From assembly GCA_029932605.1 (NCBI GenBank), contig JAOZPT010000025.1:6937-34172 (forward strand): a stretch of DNA of 27,236 bases, written 5' to 3'. Positions 24,112 through 27,236 of this stretch are shown piece by piece. Source of the DNA: Candidatus Zixiibacteriota bacterium (GTDB lineage Bacteria; Zixibacteria; MSB-5A5; UBA10806; 4484-95). A program made the position numbers and the translations under genes. The notes beneath the pieces were generated by a model. That model was not told the DNA's origin. It saw only the letters and a program-made list of their open reading frames with translations, and did not search any database. How positions within the stretch are numbered: the stretch's first letter is position 1; the number at the start of each line of letters is the position of its first letter.

Positions 24112-26478
24112 ATGTCCGAGAATAAAATCATTGGGAAAAAATTAGAACTGGGTCCTCGAAGAGGGCGATATATTGACATGACTGAATATCCGAATAAACC
24201 GATATCTGTCTCTAAAAAGACGATAGATGCACTGGATAGATATGATCTCTGGTATCGAACGTTATGTTCCATACTTTATAACTTCGTACCTACATCCGGG
24301 CATCCCGGGGGAAGTATATCCTCGGGGCATTTTGTTGCTTCGGTTATTATAGAGACCATGGACTACAATATTGGCGATCCTGACCAACCCGATGCTGATT
24401 TAATCAGTTATGCTGCTGGTCACAAGGCTCTTGGTTTATATGCGATGTGGGCATCTCGTAATGAGATGGTTCGAATCAGCCATCCTGAAATTTTACCCGA
24501 ACCGTCCAAGCAACTACGTCTTGAGGATATGCTCGGTTTCCGTAGAAACCCGATTCAGAATACACCTCTTTTTAAGAAATACAAAGCTAAAGCCCTTGAT
24601 GGTCACCCGACACCCTTAACCCCGTTTTTAAGGCTTTCTACTGGCCCGTCAGGTGTGGGAATACCTGCGTCATTTGGGATGGCTCTGGGGGCATTGGATA
24701 GATATGGCGAGAATGCTCCAAAAGTTCATATCATCGAGGGAGAGGGTGGGCTTACCCCAGGGCGCACCTCAGAGGCATTAGCCGCTGCCGCTTCCGCGCA
24801 ATTAAAGAATATCATTGTTCACGTGGATTGGAACCAGGCCTCCATAGATTCTAATCGTGTCTGCCGGGATGGTGATATACCGGGCGATTATGTCCAGTGG
24901 AACCCGCTTGAATATTTCTACGTCCATGATTGGAACGTAATATGGGTTCCCGAGGGATTTAATTTCGATATGGTTATTCGTGCTCAGCAAATTGCCAAGG
25001 AGGGATTGAATGACCAGCCAACAGCGGTGATTTATCGGACGATTAAGGGATGGAGATACGGCATAGAGGGTAGGAAATCACATGGTGCCGGTCACAAATT
25101 TTGCTCGCCAGAATATTACCAATCGTTAAGGGAATTTGAGAATTTCTTCGATGTAAAGTTTCCACGATTTGGTGATGATAATTCACCGACAGCGATTGAA
25201 CGGAATTTCTATGATACATTGATGGTGTTACGTAACGTTGCCGAACATAATAAAGATATGTCCGGTTATGTTGGCAGTCGCGTTGCTGAATGTAAACAAC
25301 GCCTGCAAAGTCTTAACCGCCAACCCCTTCCGAATAGACCAAAACTTTCAGTCCTTTATGAAAACGACTCTATAAATCCACAGGTTATTCCCAATGAGTT
25401 AAAACTTGAACCGGGAAATAAAACGACCCTCCGTAATGAACTTGGGAAAACTCTCGGCTATCTCAACAAAAAGACCAATGGTGCTTTTATAGGTGCCGCC
25501 GCTGACCTTCTGGATTCTACCTCTGTAAGTAAGCTCAATGCTGATTTTCCCACCGGTTTTTATAATTTCATCTCTAACCCTAATGCCCGATTGATAGCTA
25601 TAGGTGGAATATGCGAGGATGCCATGGGCGCTTTCATGACAGGTCTTTCGTCTTACGGTTATAATATTGGTGTTAGCTCCTCGTATGCCGCTTTTATCGC
25701 TGCTTTGGAGCATATTGCAGCTAGGGTTCATTGTATAAGCCAGCAAGCAAGGCATGAGTTTTCAGGCGAACCGTTTAAAACGTTCATCATGATTTGTGGA
25801 CATGCCGGACTTAAAACCGGTGAGGACGGTCCAACTCATGCTGACCCGCAAGCATTACAGCTTCTGCAGGAGAATTTCCCCGAGGGTAAAGCTATCACCC
25901 TTGTCCCCTGGGACCCGCAGGAGTTATGGCCCCTTGTTGTTGAAGGGTTAAAAAAGAGACCAGCCGTTTTAGCTCCGTTTGTAACCCGTCCAAACGAGGT
26001 TGTTTTCGATCGGCAGAAACTAAACCTGCCCCCGGCAACCGCCGCCATTGATGGGATTTATATGTTTCGTAAAGGTGACCCGAATAAGAAACCTTATCAC
26101 GGAACAATAATCATTCAGGGTAGCGCGGTAGCCAATGACTTCGTATCTTATGTCCTGCCTCGAATCGATGAGGAGAAACTCAATCTCAATGTCTATTATG
26201 TTTCCAGCACCGAGCTGTTTACATTCCTGCCGGAGGAAAAGCAAAAATCTATCCTGCCGGAGGAAAGAAAACGCGAGGCGATGGGTATTTCCGATTTCAC
26301 TATACCCACAATGTATCGCTGGATATTATCTGATTTCGGGCGTAAGCATTCGTTGCACTCGTTCTTCCGAGGGATTTACCCGGGAAGCGGTAAGGCGGAA
26401 AAGGTGCTTGAAGAGGTTGGCTTAAACGGCCCCGCCCAGTGGCAGGCAATACAGAAATATATTAAAGATAGGGGATAG
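24112..26478 (+). CDS. Transketolase-family ThDP-dependent enzyme (divergent)
   Basis: SGHPGG, AAGH, GHP, STGPSG.G, GEG...DWN.SID, TIKG..SHG, ADL..S, GICEDAM, HAG..GEDGPTH, TRP. Confidence 0.85.
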   Translation: MSENKIIGKKLELGPRRGRYIDMTEYPNKPISVSKKTIDALDRYDLWYRTLCSILYNFVPTSGHPGGSISSGHFVASVIIETMDYNIGDPDQPDADLISYAAGHKALGLYAMWASRNEMVRISHPEILPEPSKQLRLEDMLGFRRNPIQNTPLFKKYKAKALDGHPTPLTPFLRLSTGPSGVGIPASFGMALGALDRYGENAPKVHIIEGEGGLTPGRTSEALAAAASAQLKNIIVHVDWNQASIDSNRVCRDGDIPGDYVQWNPLEYFYVHDWNVIWVPEGFNFDMVIRAQQIAKEGLNDQPTAVIYRTIKGWRYGIEGRKSHGAGHKFCSPEYYQSLREFENFFDVKFPRFGDDNSPTAIERNFYDTLMVLRNVAEHNKDMSGYVGSRVAECKQRLQSLNRQPLPNRPKLSVLYENDSINPQVIPNELKLEPGNKTTLRNELGKTLGYLNKKTNGAFIGAAADLLDSTSVSKLNADFPTGFYNFISNPNARLIAIGGICEDAMGAFMTGLSSYGYNIGVSSSYAAFIAALEHIAARVHCISQQARHEFSGEPFKTFIMICGHAGLKTGEDGPTHADPQALQLLQENFPEGKAITLVPWDPQELWPLVVEGLKKRPAVLAPFVTRPNEVVFDRQKLNLPPATAAIDGIYMFRKGDPNKKPYHGTIIIQGSAVANDFVSYVLPRIDEEKLNLNVYYVSSTELFTFLPEEKQKSILPEERKREAMGISDFTIPTMYRWILSDFGRKHSLHSFFRGIYPGSGKAEKVLEEVGLNGPAQWQAIQKYIKDRG

Positions 26479-26504
26479 GCTATGTTAAATATAGATTATG
26501 GAGA

Positions 26505-27236
26505 TCACAAATAAAGTTGAACGTCTACCCGGTGATGTTCGGGTGATTCATCCCAGTATTTACCCTCAAGCAGACGGCCGTTTTTCTTTTTATTGACACC
26601 ACCCCATTGTTTAAAAAAAAACGGGATACCATTTTTAATACATTGATTCCTTATTTCTATGACCCAGCTTTCCTTCATTGGTCTTGCATAAGGGCCTGAT
26701 TCACCTCCCACGATGATCCAGTCAACATATTCGTAGGGAAACTCATGAATGGGACCTAAAAGAGGTTCCATTGAGACAAAACGCACAAAAGCTGGAACAT
26801 TACAGAGATCATTAATTCTGAATATCTGTTTTGATGTCTCAACTGTTACACCCATCCATATATTTTCAGGCCAGTTTAATTTATCTGCTATCTTAGCTAA
26901 ACGTTTGGACCTTTTTGTTAAAATTTGAAAAGTATGCCAGTAAGCTTTATTCATTGTGTTAAAGACTTCCATTATAAATTCATCAGGTATATCCTCATGG
27001 AACAAATCACTCATTGAATTGACAAATATGACATTTGGTTTTTTCCATTTTAACGGCCGATACAGTTCATCATAGTGAAGGGTTACATTGAAGCCGTTTT
27101 TGTATTTCTTCTGCCCCATTTTTTGAAGACGCAGTGCAAGACGTTCAGCATAACAATTGCGACAACCGATACTGATCTTACTGCATCCGGTAGCAGGATT
27201 CCATGATGATTCTGTCCATTCTATTTTAGTTGGTTG
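26505..27236 (-). CDS. DUF5131 / phage Gp37/Gp68 family radical-SAM-like protein (5' end outside the window)
   Basis: The frame stays open to the window edge: QPTKIEWTESSWNPATGCSKISIGCRNCYAER precedes the annotated Met; then FVNSMSDLFH, FQILTKR, W.GVTVE, SMEPLLG, WIIVGGESG, FFFKQWGG. Confidence 0.92.
   Translation of the reverse strand, partial: QPTKIEWTESSWNPATGCSKISIGCRNCYAERLALRLQKMGQKKYKNGFNVTLHYDELYRPLKWKKPNVIFVNSMSDLFHEDIPDEFIMEVFNTMNKAYWHTFQILTKRSKRLAKIADKLNWPENIWMGVTVETSKQIFRINDLCNVPAFVRFVSMEPLLGPIHEFPYEYVDWIIVGGESGPYARPMKESWVIEIRNQCIKNGIPFFFKQWGGVNKKKNGRLLEGKYWDESPEHHRVDVQLYL

Noticed and set aside
26225..26266. 15-bp direct repeat TCCTGCCGGAGGAAA (2 copies, 27-nt period)
   Set aside because: In frame within the transketolase (LPEE twice); only two copies, not a CRISPR array or attachment site.
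187..26425. Numerous short antisense or alternate-frame ORFs in the ORF track (e.g. 1013-1315, 2362-2706, 10753-11409, 11605-12039, 13103-13516, 15154-15741, 26135-26425)
   Set aside because: They overlap well-supported genes, lack SDs and recognisable motifs, and look like shadow ORFs.

Overview
AT-rich bacterial chromosomal window with no rRNA, tRNA, CRISPR array or recognisable transposase/integrase. The lineage is not provable from the sequence; gene style is reminiscent of Zixibacteria/FCB or Desulfobacterota-like anaerobes. Left end (minus strand): a HEAT-repeat gene and an HD-GYP gene that appear to share a homologous, unnamed N-terminal domain and have a sigma28-like promoter. They are followed by type IV minor pilins (PilV-like, PilW-like) with a sigma54 promoter, an IHF-like site and an upstream palindrome. 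Middle: murQ, a membrane protein, cysK-cysE, nadC-birA, a GAF histidine kinase plus stand-alone receiver, a CBS protein, a serpin, an AGCS symporter, a DUF6544-like protein, a SAM methyltransferase, an AhpD/CMD protein and an S9 peptidase. Right end: a divergent ychF, a divergent transketolase (GEG instead of GDG) and a DUF5131 (Gp37/Gp68) gene whose start lies outside the window. Three elements missed by the ORF track: a complete transcription unit for a 32-aa basic C3H zinc-finger microprotein (13784-13882), an internally deleted or frameshifted cytidylate-kinase-like remnant (14028-14199), and a hairpin carrying an 11-nt anti-Shine-Dalgarno that on the other strand is a perfect SD for a 36-aa hydrophobic peptide (6704-6845).
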